DNA of 57,050 nt, filler included, from Dugesia japonica (taxonomy: Eukaryota), in NCBI GenBank assembly GCA_001938525.1. It is 6 parts of 6 records of this genome, joined end to end, with 100 filler letters (N's around TTAATTAATTAA, not from the genome) between each part and the next. Parts side by side here need not be neighbours in the genome. Positions count along the whole stretch, not along the records: positions 11,111 to 20,594 come from MQRL01604482.1; positions 20,695 to 29,378 come from MQRL01604301.1; 4 more parts are not named here. One strand, 5' to 3'. Below the pieces are notes generated by a model, which did no database searches, was not told the origin of the DNA, and worked only from the letters and a program-made list of their open reading frames with translations. Positions 13,621 through 25,055 of the stretch are shown here, piece by piece. The translations under genes and the position numbers were made by a program. Numbering within the stretch: position 1 is the first letter of the stretch; each line of letters begins with the position of its first letter.

Positions 13621-14449
13621 AGACATTTTTTGACAATTCGGAACTTAATTAATGCCAACCCTCAGATGCTCATTTAGAAAATATGATTAATTATTTAGTT
13701 AAATAATTCATTCATCAATGAGTATGTTATTCTAGAATTGAAATATATATTTATTTTAATAGTGAAAACAATTCTTTAAGAAAACAATATATATTTTATA
13801 AATTAAAATCAAATTTTAATTTCGTAAACTAATTTTTCTACAATGAACATTGTGTCAAAATTCATCAGATTATTTTATCGTAAGTAGTTATCTTATAAAA
13901 ATCAATTGATATTCTTCATTAATCCAATAAATTAAACGAAATTTTTAAAATAAAAAAAAGATAATATTTGATTGATTTATTAGAGATTTCAATGAATTAT
14001 TTTTTGTATCATAATCTGTTTACATGAATTCTCCAAATAAATCAACATCGATGACGAAAATTGATTATAATATTGATTAAAATTGAAAGTGAAATAATTG
14101 ATAATGATTGATATCAACCCCAATTAATAACCAAAGATTAATACTTTAAAATAATTAATAATCAATTGATAATTAATATTAACTAACAATTAATAATTAA
14201 TACTAACTAACAATTAATAATTATGTCATTTATTTGGAAATAAAAACTAGATAATAAAAGAAATTTATTTCATTAAAATTACAAACATAACAAAAAAACA
14301 TTTTTACGTTTTCCTAATTAAATGAGAAAATAAACAGAGAAAAGTAATTAGATATATGAAAAAACAAACATAAGTGATGATGTTTCGAAGGGAAAAAAAC
14401 TCCAAGCAATAACTAAACAATCATACACTCAATTAGACTTTTTTTCTTC

Positions 14450-14630
14450 TAGTTTCCATCACATGAATTCGACATTTCCACATTTTCATTCTCGGAATTA
14501 TCATCTGTACAAATAACAGACGGTTGTGTCACATGCCAAATACGATTTTGATGTTTGCAAATACTTGTGATGTTTTTCTTTGTATCATGTATGCTATAGA
14601 ACATGAAAACTGATTTTACTTGACTGCTAT
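14450..14630 (-). pseudogene. Possible piggyBac transposase C-terminal cysteine-rich domain remnant
   Basis: FMFYSIHDTKKNITSICKHQNRIWHVTQPSVICTD loosely fits the C..C....DRKT...C..C...IC..H...C pattern. Confidence 0.25.
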
Positions 14631-15097
14631 TTGATCCTTACAGAATAGAATTAGATTCGTTTGACTAAATTTTAAATGTATTTCAGAAAGTTAATTTTTT
14701 AAACCATTAAAAAAAATTTTTTTTTAAAATATTATTATAATTTTTATTCGGTATTAGCTGATCGAAACTAGTTAAAATTACCGCGTTTTGTCGATAAGAA
14801 AAAATTTGAAATGGCGGCAATGAAAGGTGTCATTTTAGTAAATGTCAAATTTGAAAATATTTGTACCTAATGGTAAACAAATGGTGACAATGAAAACGTT
14901 TTAATAGTTTTCTTAAAGATATGAATTAATCTTTTTTAATGAAATATAAAAAAAACATTTTTTTCATTTTATTTATAATTATAATTATATTTATTCTACG
15001 TAAATTTAAAAATTATATATTTGAAAAAGAAAGTGGTTTCTTTTTCAAATAATTATTTATTAATTTGGAATAATTTGACAATTATTATGTATTAGGT

Positions 15098-15150
15098 CAG
15101 TGATGGCGGACCTATGGCACGCTTGCTAGAGATGCCAACTAAAGCGATGA
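15098..15150 (+). mobile_element. hAT (Charlie/SPIN-like) left terminus
   Basis: CAGTGATGGCGGACCTATGGCACGC matches the CAGTGATGGCGAACCT..GGCACGC type of hAT end. Confidence 0.55.
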
Positions 15151-15259
15151 TTGCCGAGATATAATCAATGAAAGGTGGATAACTATAATAGATCTGAAAT
15201 TTCATTATATCCATTGCCATAATTTTGATGCTGAATGTCAGTCTATTTTAACCATTCTA

Positions 15260-15597
15260 CCTTTTCTTCTCTTTGGTCTTCATCTTTAAATAACCCAATT
15301 TTGTTGGCCACGTCGATGGAGCAAAGTGGATCATCTTTTGAATAACTGCTTTTTTATGCCAGTACATGTAAGAAAAAACTATCTGTATCGCCGGCAATAA
15401 TATCAATCTTGCATCCAAACCATTGATGATATTCTTCAAGTTCTTCATATTGCAATTGGTACATTCTCAACTTGCTTAAATCAAAGACTACTTATATGAT
15501 ATAGCTTGGTCTATTTAAACAGATATTTTCTTTATCCAATAATACAGCTTTTAAACTATCTGCGATGTCCATTGTCCTTTTGAATGTAACTTTGCTG
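15260..15597 (-). pseudogene. Polinton pPolB fragment (motif C region)
   Basis: ICLNRPSYI..VFDLSKLRMYQLQY, IIAGDTDSFF, KIGLFKDE. Confidence 0.85.
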
Positions 15598-16330
15598 TAA
15601 GGCTTTCAATCCCGGGATTATGGGATTACGTTTTATCAATTCCGGGACTGACTTATTCTACTAAACAAAATTAATATACAGTAAAACCTAGATGTTTTTG
15701 CTTAAATTAAATTTTCTTATAGGTAACACATAATACAAAATGAAATGATAATTAACAGCGTTATTCAATAAAATAATATAGTGGTAATTCATATACATAT
15801 GAGCAAATAAAATATATCTTGACAATTAAGAAGTAATAAATTTGAACATTGATTAAGTTTTTTTATAGTTGAAAGAGCTATTTGAGGAAGCAGAGCTCGT
15901 CTAGAACCTTATCACTAAAAGAACTTCGTAATTTATTGCAAAATAACCCGTAGAAAAAGGTTCTTTATGACTCAATGCTGATCTGTTTTATTGTTTTTAA
16001 ATATATATATGCACGATTTAAATTATCGTCATGTGACCCTCCAATTTCAAATAGAGACATTTGTTTGGAGTTTAGAGTTTGACGATTCGTATCAATGTGG
16101 TATCATTTTTTGATGTGACATTCCATCATTTATTGCTTTATTAATTTCTTCCACTGTAGTTAATGGTTGTACTAACAGGATTTCTTTTCTGAAAGCATCT
16201 CGGATATATTTTTGCAAATTATCATTTTTGATTGGTGAACGTTGAAACAAAGATACTGTTATCAGCACATTTTTATCAATCACCATTTTAATTGAACAGT
16301 GTATTCACTGTAAATATATAAAGGTATTAA
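15598..16330 (-). mobile_element. hAT transposon 3' remnant with dimerisation domain
   Basis: TIR-like TAAGGCTTTCAATCCCGGGATT at 15598; ISIES*RTFS...NKLRSSFSDKVLDELCFL and LFQRSPIKNDNLQKYI motifs. Confidence 0.75.
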
Positions 16331-16439
16331 TTCAAAAATTAATTCACTTAATTTTCGCAAATTTGAAAACTTGCTAAAATCACATTAACTTGATAATCGC
16401 AAATTCAAAAACCCTAAGAATATTTATATTTTCAAAACA

Positions 16440-17100
16440 ATTAATTATTTTCCCGAGGGAAAAGAATTTTTTCGGTCGATTTTTTTTTCATTTTTTTTCA
16501 TATTTTGTTTTTTTTGTGGGAAATTTAAAAATTTGTGTGAGTGTGTGAGTGTGTGTCTGTGCAAGTGTACTCGATTGCACTGTTCAGTTATTGATTTGCA
16601 CTTTTTAGGTTGTTTTATGAAATCGGTGTGTTGGGACTGAAATACTGCTTATACATTGTCTAAAGGATTTATGAGGTGGGATGGATGGTTTGTCCTAGAA
16701 GTGTGGTAGCGCACAAGCACAGTTGTATGAGTTATCGTGGAGTGATTTTTGGGAGGGTGTGTTTTTGTAGGGGTTGTTGGACTTTGAACCTTTAAATATC
16801 ATAGACCATATTACTATGGAACCTTTAAACATAATATACTATATAATAATGAAACCTTTTTTTACCTAAATTTAAATTAAATTAACGTTTAAAAATATAA
16901 TTTAAATTAATCATATAAAACAATCACACTCACCATTTTTAAAAATTTCCCAGGCATGGGTTGGTGTGTTGCAATTGTGTTGAATCTGAGCTGCATCCCT
17001 ATTATTTTTATTAAAAATCTCAGACAGACGTTGCTGTATTGCATCCATGTTGCATGCCTATTGCATTTATTTTTTTTAAAAAATAGTTTTAGCAGGAAAT
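16440..17100 (+). mobile_element. Polinton family A terminal (TIR-internal) non-coding region
   Basis: 16655-16750 (ATTGTCTAAAGGATTTATGAG...GTATGAGTTATCGTGG) is homologous to the reverse complement of 55060-55160; TTGCATC repeats match 54348-54400. Confidence 0.75.
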
Positions 17101-17179
17101 TTAAAAAAAATTTATTTTTGGTGGGAAATTAAAAATAAATTTTTTTGGTGAAAAATGTAAAAAATTTATTAAAAATTCT

Positions 17180-17600
17180 TAGATGCAATTGTTAATAAAA
17201 ATCTCATTACCGATGCAATTTTTAATAAAAAACCTCCTTAGTATTGCAATTTTCAATAAAAAACTTATTAGTGTTTCAATTTTCCATAGAAAATTTTATT
17301 ACCGATGCAATTGTTAATAAAAATCTCATTACCGATGCAATGTTTAATAAAAAATCTCATTAGCGATGTAATTTTCAAAAAATAATTTTACTAGCNNNNN
17401 NNNNNNNNNNNNNNNNNNNNNNNNNNNNNNNNNNNNNNNNNNNNNNNNNNNNNNNNNNNNNNNNNNNNNNNNNNNNNNNNNNNNNNNNNNNNNNNNNNNN
17501 NNNNNNNNNNNNNNNNNNNNNNNNNNNNNNNNNNNAAATCTCATAAGCAATTCAATTTTTAATAAAAACTCTCATTAGCAATGCAATGTTTCCATAAAAA
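17180..17600 (+). repeat. ~30-bp tandem minisatellite GATGCAATTGTTAATAAAAATCTCATTACC
   Basis: Many units either side of an N gap; related units at ~51905-51980. Confidence 0.85.
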
Positions 17601-17739
17601 ACATATCTGCTGGAAAAATTTCTATACAAAATGATAAAAACAGATCTTTTTTCAAAAAAGTCATAAATTCATGGAACATTTTCATATGTAACTAATAAGT
17701 AATATATAAAAACTTTTAAAAAAATCTTTTTATGATTGC

Positions 17740-18590
17740 ATAAGGTTTACATAGTATTATAGGGTTTATAAGTTTATTATTTACATATTAACCGAGTAAA
17801 ATAAGGTTTATGAGTGTATCATTTGCATTATTTATATTATTTGTATTATTTACATAGTAACTCTGTCTTATATGGTTTATGAATATATATGATTTACATA
17901 GTAACCGTGTATTATAGGTTTTATGGATGTATTATGTACATAGTAACTGTGTATTATGGGGTTTATGAGAGTATTATTTACATAGTTAACTTATATTATT
18001 TACATAGCAATTTATATTATAAGATTTATCAGTGCCAATTTTCCATATAACTAAAAATTACTGTATGAAAAACTTTATAAGCCCATATTAAAACTTTTAA
18101 GTAATTACTGATATGACTGTAAAAGGGTTATGAGTGTATGGAATGTATTATTTAAATACTTAATATATCATATAAGATTTTCAGTGAATTATTTACCTAG
18201 TTACCTTATATTATGTACGACATAAACTAGTAATTTAAGGCTTTGAGTGTATAATTTACATAATAAATGAGTAATATAGGGTTCATGAGTGCGGGTATCT
18301 CTTCATATTTAATTATTAGCTAATATTTTTATATCATTATAGGGTATTTTATATATAACTTAAAATTACGGTATATATACCTTATAAGCCTATATAAGAA
18401 ACCTATAAGTAAATATTTCTATGTCAGTTTAGGGTTTTAAGTGTATTATTTACATTGCAACTAAGTAATTTAAGGTTTATAATGGTATTATTTACATATT
18501 AACCCTGTATTATAGGGTTTATGAGTACATAATTTACATATTAATTGTGTAATATATGGTTTACGATTTTATTATTTGCATAGTTACCTT
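17740..18590 (+). repeat. Degenerate ~41-bp tandem array TATTTACATAGTAACCGTGTATTATAGGGTTTATGAGTGTAT
   Basis: Recurring TTTACATA(G/T)TAAC and GGTTTATGAGTG motifs. Confidence 0.75.
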
Positions 18591-19210
18591 GAGCTTGAGA
18601 AAAATTACAACAAACTAATGAACAACAGTTTGTTTGGGAAATCAATCCAAAGTTTTAAGAAAACGATGGATTTGTGATTATGTGACACTAGTATTATTTG
18701 CTTATAAACCCAGTTTCCGGAAATCATTCAAGATTACAGAAAACCTGATAGCAGCCTTAACGAATAAAGAGTCAGTATGTTTAAATCGTCTAAGCTACAT
18801 TGGCCAATCTGTACTTGACTTGAGCAAGTTACTAATGTACCAACTGCAATTCATAAATTGAGAAGTACAGAGAAGAAAAATAATTTAGTATTAATATTGT
18901 AGCTGGTGATACTGACAGCAATTTCTTTCTAAAAACTGATTGGATTGATGAAGAAAGACGGTTTATTAGATACTTCAAACCATAGTAATGCATTAATTTA
19001 TACCATTGGTAAGTGTAAAGATGAGAATAAAGGAAAGAAGTATTAAGAATGGATATTGTTAGGTCTAAAACTTTACAGCCTGCTTTCTAAGAAAGAAACA
19101 ACGAAAGCAAAAAACTTAACATTGAAAAATAGCTGCATCAACTATCAAAGATATATTGACTGCTACAACAATGATGAAAAGGTCTCTGTGGAACAATTTT
19201 GATTTGTTTC
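18590..19210 (+). pseudogene. Polinton pPolB C-terminal fragment
   Basis: KLMNNSLFGK (motif B), YIGQSVLDLSKLLMY, VAGDTDS (motif C), GKCKDE, KLYS. Confidence 0.9.
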
Positions 19211-19214
19211 TGTT

Positions 19215-19290
19215 TAGGTCCAATAATTTGATAGAGTGCATCATTTCTTAATTTCTCCATCTTATTTTTCTTCAATTTATTAAAATTTAC
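19215..19290 (-). pseudogene. 5' stub of Polinton packaging ATPase
   Basis: MEKLRNDALYQIIGP matches MERLRNDAVYQIIG at 21755. Confidence 0.8.
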
Positions 19291-19319
19291 TACATTGTTT
19301 ATATTTATTTTAACGGATC

Positions 19320-19616
19320 AGAAACCATTATAACCGCATGATTTGAACCCTTATTATATAATACTTTTAAAATTACAATCGCTAACAATGTCGTAAATAT
19401 AGAGCTTCAATAAATATGTATAAATTAGCAAGAATAGTCAACTGTTGGTTCGAACCAGAGTTATTTCTTGATCTAAGACTTGTAAACTATGACCCTTTAT
19501 GTGTAAATGTGTTCTCAACAGGATAAATAGTGATACTTGGTCTTAAAAATTTGAATTTACAAGGATATATGGATAACATTTTTTCACATTTTTTTAATTT
19601 GCTAATAAAAACTTAG
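19320..19616 (+). pseudogene. TBP-like gene, second copy (C-terminal repeat only)
   Basis: VNCWFEPELFLDLRLVNYDPLCVNVFSTG*IVILGLK...DNIFSHFFNLL; homologous to 21193-21490. Confidence 0.85.
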
Positions 19617-19894
19617 AAAATTTGCAACACGAATGCAAAACGTTTACAATTCAAGTACAAAAAATATCAATTTAAATTTAGATCGAAACAAATATATTTT
19701 ACTACATAAAGACGCGAGCCGTAGTTGATATTTTCTGATTAATGCTTAACCCATCAAATTTAACGTAAAACAAGTACATGTAAATTTGATTTATATTTAT
19801 CATAAAAACAAGTTCATGAGAAATAAAAGGAAGAATTTTTAAAGGTAATTCTGAAAGATATAATGGAAATTCTGATCAATTTTAATATTGAGAC

Positions 19895-20594
19895 AGTAGA
19901 TAGATAGTAGCGGACATAGCCAGCACATATTCAGCAAACCCCCCCACGCCCCCTTTACGTAATCGGATTATTACATAAGTATGGCTATCATTTTCTGATG
20001 TAAATAGGCAGTGGCACACATTTGTGTGCATTACATAATGTAATTAATTTCGTAGCGACAATATAACATAAGTGGCTATCAATTTTTCCTATGTATTTAG
20101 TTGGGAAAATTATTTGCACACAAATTATGTCATAGATTAATTTCGTCGCCGGGAAAATTTACGTAATAGGATTAAGTGGCTATACATTTTCCTGTGTAGC
20201 CGATTCGTATGGCTACACAGGTTGGGAAAATTTTTCAAGCTTATTAGACGGCAAAGTGGCTACATATTTTCCTGTGTATTTAGTTGGGAAATTTTTTAGG
20301 CTTTTTAAACGGTAATATTTTTCAGGCTTTTTAGTTGGAAATTTGTTCAGTGAGGTCGATGAGGTTGAATTTTGATTGGTTTTAAGTGGTTTTTGTCGAA
20401 AAATTTCTCGGTGAGGTCGAATTAGGTCTATTTTTGGATGGTTCAGGTGAATTTGGTATAATTTTTTCTCAGGATTGGGTAGATTGGGTAAATTTTGGGT
20501 GATTGGGTCAAATTTTTTACTCAATTATTTACTCGGTCTAGGCAATATTGGTCAATCTTTGGACGATTTGGTCTATTTTTGGATGGTTCAGGTT
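19895..20594 (+). mobile_element. Polinton left terminus with subterminal repeats
   Basis: Begins AGTAGATAGATAG (reverse complement of the end at 55532-55544); repeated GTGGCTA...TTTTCCT.TGTATTTAGTTGGGAAA and ~60-bp units. Confidence 0.75.
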
Positions 20595-20694
20595 NNNNNN
20601 NNNNNNNNNNNNNNNNNNNNNNNNNNNNNNNNNNNNNNTTAATTAATTAANNNNNNNNNNNNNNNNNNNNNNNNNNNNNNNNNNNNNNNNNNNN
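20595..20694. other. Artificial assembly linker
   Basis: N44-TTAATTAATTAA-N44. Confidence 0.97.
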
Positions 20695-20999
20695 AAATAA
20701 ATCAAAGACAAAGTAATGATACATTTATTATTTTTTAAAACATTAAACAAACAATAATAATTATTAAATTTGTTCATTGCGAACGCATTATTCTCCATTG
20801 CAATATACAGGTTAAACTTTGCACACCCAATACAGTCAGGTGTGCAAAATTCATCCGCCATATATTGCTTGATAACAACATCCGGAAGGAATGGTTGTCT
20901 TTCTTCGCATATATCTGTTAGCATTCCTAAATTTAAAACTTTAAAAAGCAATTACAAAATAATAAATATTCTACCTGTTTTACTAAATTCTTCTTCCAT
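20695..20999 (-). pseudogene. Unknown ORF with CTPDCIGC motif, downstream of the TBP-like gene
   Basis: MEEEFSK... frame with one stop, open to the contig edge; no family recognised. Confidence 0.4.
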
Positions 21000-21192
21000 T
21001 TTTTTAATATAATTTTTATTCGTTGAATTCATATTTAAAAATAACAAAAAATAATAATAAAATGCATTATATATATGCATTATAAAAAACCACAACATAA
21101 TATATTAATTATTTGAAATTTAAATTTCTAAATTTAAATTGGTATATTTTGTACTTGATTTGTAAACGTTTTGCATCCATGTTGCGAATTTT

Positions 21193-21644
21193 CTAAATTT
21201 TATCAAGCAAATTAAACAAATCTGAAGTAATGTTATTCACATATCTTTGAAAATAAAATTTTTAAGTCCAAGTAACACTAGTTTTCCTGTTGAAAACACA
21301 TTTACACATAAAGGGTCATATTTTACAAGTCTTAGAGCAGGAAATAACTCTNNNNNGAACCAACAGTTGACTATTTTTGCTAATTTATACAAATTTATTG
21401 AAACTCCCATATTTACGACAATGGATAGCGATTGTAATTGCACATTTTATATATCATAAGAGTTCAAATCATCCAGTTTCAATGGTTTCTTACAACCAAT
21501 TATTCTACAATTTCCTGATCTGAAGAATATTATTGTAAATTTATCACTTTTCACTTGGAATTGACATGGTTTGCCTGTAGGAAAGCTCATTTTATTTGTT
21601 ACTTCTTGCGACACTTCACCTTTGTAATTAATATTGGTTATCAT
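21193..21644 (-). pseudogene. TATA-binding protein (TBP)-like gene, ~150 aa, one in-frame stop and a 3' frameshift
   Basis: Two TBP repeats: ITNINYKG...FTIIFFRSGNCRIIGCK and VQLQSLSIVVNMGVSINLYKLA...WFxxELFPALRLVKYDPLCVNVFSTGKLVLLGLK (compare TBP TTALIFSSGKMVCTGAK and [34 protein letters not shown]). ORFs 21447-21668 and 21237-21443 share a frame. Confidence 0.85.
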
Positions 21645-21731
21645 AATTAATGAATTAATGAGGAACAATGAAGTTTTGAAGGAATTAATTTAATTGATTC
21701 GTTAAAACAAATATAAACAATGTAATAAATT

Positions 21732-22235
21732 ATGAATACATTAAAGAAAACAAGATGGAAAGATTAAGAAATGACGCAGTCTATCAAATTATTGGTAGTG
21801 GAAAAACTTTGTTTGTATGTCAATTATTAAAATCAAAGTTATTCTAGTCTAAATTTAAAAACATATACTGACATAGGGGTGCAGATGAGGAGCTTGGATT
21901 GACTAAATCTGAATTTTGTAATATTAAAATGAAAGTTATAAATGGTTTTGATTCTAATTGGAGNNNNNNNNNNNNNNNNNNNNNNNNNNNNNNNNNNNNT
22001 GATCTGTATCAGGAGGCAAACAAAGAAAAAGATTTCAATAATTTATTCACAAGGATATCGAGACATCGTAATGTAAGTGTGATATTTATTACACAAAATA
22101 TATTTCATCAAGGAGGTAGGTGCCACAGAAAAACCACACGGAAATCTATTTCTTGACTTTACACAACATTGTCCAGATAATTATAAAGTGAGAACAGATA
22201 TATTCAATCCAAAGGGTATCACAATATATAAATAA
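21732..22235 (+). pseudogene. A32/FtsK-like packaging ATPase
   Basis: IIGSGKT (shortened Walker A), DLYQ, LFTRISRHRNVSVIFITQNIF, ATEKPHG.LFLD...VRTDIF; stops and an internal deletion. Confidence 0.9.
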
Positions 22236-22265
22236 AATAGGTAATTTGTCATAATATTTCGAAGA

Positions 22266-22500
22266 ATGATAAAATTAAAGAAATTTGTAGTTGATCAAGT
22301 AACTGATGGTTTTATTAAACATCAAAAAATATCTTTTGAGAAGAAAAAGTATAGAAAAAAGAAAATACAATCGCATAAGAAACATCATGTAAATAAAAAG
22401 AATATGTTTAGAAAACTTACAAAAAGAAGTGGAAAGAAGCTGCGAATAATGAACAGAAAAACGATTATAAACAAATACACGGTATGTATTATTTTAATAA
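22266..22500 (+). pseudogene. Small lysine-rich protein (homologue of 53395-53619)
   Basis: MIKLKKFVVD...SHKK...KLTKRSGKKL matches MAKFKKIVVD...SHKK...KLAKSSGKKL. Confidence 0.65.
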
Positions 22501-22506
22501 ATAAAG

Positions 22507-22698
22507 ATGAAATTGCAAAGAAGCATTCCATTTTCAACTGCTTTGATTATATCATCAAAACCTTTGAGAATAAGAATTTTACAATCATTCCCACCATATG
22601 TTATCGATGATTTACTTGAAATTATTATAAATAATTTCCGTGGTAATGTAGATATGAGTGCAGTCAAAAAGAAAACATTGAATAAACATAAAATATAA
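22507..22698 (+). pseudogene. Conserved small Polinton protein found after the ATPase (putative core protein), truncated
   Basis: IDDLLEIIINNFRGNVDMSAVKKKTLNKHK fits the I.EC..N.LKGNVPL....K..L.KHK motif. Confidence 0.6.
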
Positions 22699-22782
22699 CA
22701 ATAACCTTAACTCAAATGAACAATGGGTGGATTGCAATCATTACCTAATTTTAACTTGAAATTTGTATCAGATTGTTGTAAT

Positions 22783-23090
22783 GGAGACAAAAAATGAAGA
22801 CAATATATGGATCCAAAAAACCTGAAAAGTTTTCGAAGCATAGAAAAATTGATGAAAGCAGCTCAAAAATCGAAAAGACAGACAAAACAGTGGTTATCTG
22901 AACAGCTAGCATATAACCGGAACAAACCAATGTTGAAAACATTTCTAACAAGAGCATATAAAGCATATTGTATTGATGATTTATGTTAAATGTATCTAAT
23001 GGAAATGGTTCCATATTCAAAAATTAATAAAGTTTACAAGTTTTATTTTTTTTGTTATTTATCTCTGTTTTCAATAGATTTTCAAGAACT
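22783..23090 (+). pseudogene. Polinton RVE integrase, N-terminal fragment
   Basis: DPKNLKSFRSIEKL...KQWLSEQLAYNRNKP...IDDL...EMVPYSKINKVYKF. Confidence 0.8.
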
Positions 23091-23199
23091 TCCTGGTTGA
23101 AAGGAAATGGAATGAATAAACAATACTATATAAAATGTTATGGATAAAACAAAGTAAGATATAAGTAACACAAATAGTCAACCAAGACAAAAATTCTGA

Positions 23200-23589
23200 T
23201 GAAATCAAATAATTTCAACTTTTCAAAATTTAGATGCTGTTTCTGTTTACTTTACGAAAAACACCGATTATCGAGAAATTTATACTCAGGATTTTACAAA
23301 CGATAATTATGCCACAACATATATGCAATCTATAGTACGAAATATGGGGTATTTGCATAAGAATATGAATTGTGGAATAACACTTAGTGATTTTAAGGAT
23401 AACTATCCTTTATTTACATTAGTTCTTGCTCCAGAGGTCGATTTAAATCAGAGTCAATTACCCCAACAAGAAATTTTGAGATTGGAAATCAAGTTTACGA
23501 AAGCTTTAACAACTTCTGCATATGTTATAATTTATAAAGTATTTGAAAAAGAAATTCAGATTAAAGAAAACGGAACAGTATTGGTGTAA
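23200..23589 (+). pseudogene. Double jelly-roll major capsid protein, C-terminal fragment
   Basis: ITLSDFKDNYPLFTLVLAP...LRLEIKF..L...VIIY..FEKEIQI. Confidence 0.8.
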
Positions 23590-23641
23590 ACNNNNNNNNN
23601 NNNNNNNNNNNNNNNNNNNNNNNNNNNNNNNNNNNNNNNNN

Positions 23642-23775
23642 TTAATTCTATTTAGATTGAACGGAGTACATCAATGTTACTTAAATCCCCTTATTTCGGT
23701 AAACAATGCCTTAATTGTCAATACTCATACAACAAAATTATGTGGAGAACACTAGATAACAGTTTATAATAAAAG
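23642..23775 (+). pseudogene. Adenain-like cysteine protease fragment
   Basis: LIVNTHTTKLCGEH*ITVY (consensus IVNT....GEHW) directly after the MCP. Confidence 0.7.
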
Positions 23776-25055
23776 ATGCAACATTACACATGAAAATCTA
23801 TTTGCATGTATTTGTATTATACAAAAAATATATGTTTTATTATAAAAAAGTCTTAATTATTTCTTTTTAATAATACTAAGAAACAAAAGTACTCTATTTA
23901 AATAAACCTATTTTAATTAAATCCTATTATTATTTAATATTGTGAACATGACATGCATTACTACATGGTTATTGTGTAAATAAACCATATNNNNNNNNNN
24001 NNNNNNNNNNNNNNNNNNNNNNNNNNNNNNNNNNNNNNNNNNNNNNNNNNNNNNNNNNNNNNNNNNNNNNNNNNNNNNNNNNNNNNNNNNNNNNNNNNNN
24101 NNNNNNNNNNNNNNNNNNNNNNNNNNNNNNNNNNNNNNNNNNNNNNNNNNNNNNNNNNNNNNNNNNNNNNNNTCAATAAAATACCAGCAATAAATTTTTT
24201 TCTCTTTTGTCTCTTCAATTCTTTCTTAATTTTCTCCATGAATATTTAGAGGAAACATTATCATTACTACCAATTTGGAATGGAGTTACTGAGGACAATT
24301 ACTTGAAAGCTGCTGAGATGTGGGAATTTCACCGTTGTAAAAATCTTTCAGATTATATGATAGTTTTTTTTAAACTTTATGTTTTTCTTTTATCTGATTT
24401 CTTTCAGTAACTTTGGGCATAATCTTTAGAACATAATGGGGTAGAACTACTTAATTTCTTTGGTAATCATTGGAATGAGTTGGGCTTCTCTCTTGATGTC
24501 TTTAAATGAACCCATCGAGCTTTTGACAAACAATGATAGGTACACTTTCTTTGAAAGTTGAATTAGAGGAGGTCTTAATTTTGTAAATAAGTATTATGTA
24601 GCTACAGATGATAATAGTGAGCTTTCATATATAGACATTAATAATTTATATGGCTGTGCTTTAAGCTAAAAGATTCCTTTTAAGAAGTTTGAATGGATTC
24701 ATTCTGACTTGGAAAAAATCCTCGTAGGATTTTAGACTTTCTTTGTCTTATGTTTATAGTGTTAGAGTTGATATGATAATTCCAAATGAACTCCATAACT
24801 ACTTAAGTGATTTACATGTTGCTGCTGAAGAACAAATTGTACAGTGAAGTAAAATTAAAAATTATACATCACCATAAGAAAAACTATGTAATACATTTGA
24901 GATTATTTCAATTGTATTTACAAATAGTGATTGAAGTGACTAAAATTTACAGGGCTGTAAAATTTGACCAAGATTATATCTTTAAGGCTTATGTAGATGG
25001 AAACACTGCATTAAAGTCTAAAAGTAAAAATGAATTAGATACAAATTATTGTAAA

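Noticed and set aside
17180-18590. Repeat arrays as a possible CRISPR
   Set aside because: Units are contiguous and degenerate with no unique spacers, no cas genes, eukaryotic context
21193-21644. TBP-like gene as the host TBP or TRF2 locus
   Set aside because: Far more divergent than any cellular TBP I know, intronless, embedded among viral genes and duplicated with the ATPase; phylogeny still needed
21645-21731. TATA-like boxes in the TBP/ATPase divergent promoter
   Set aside because: TATAAA-like words are expected by chance at this AT content
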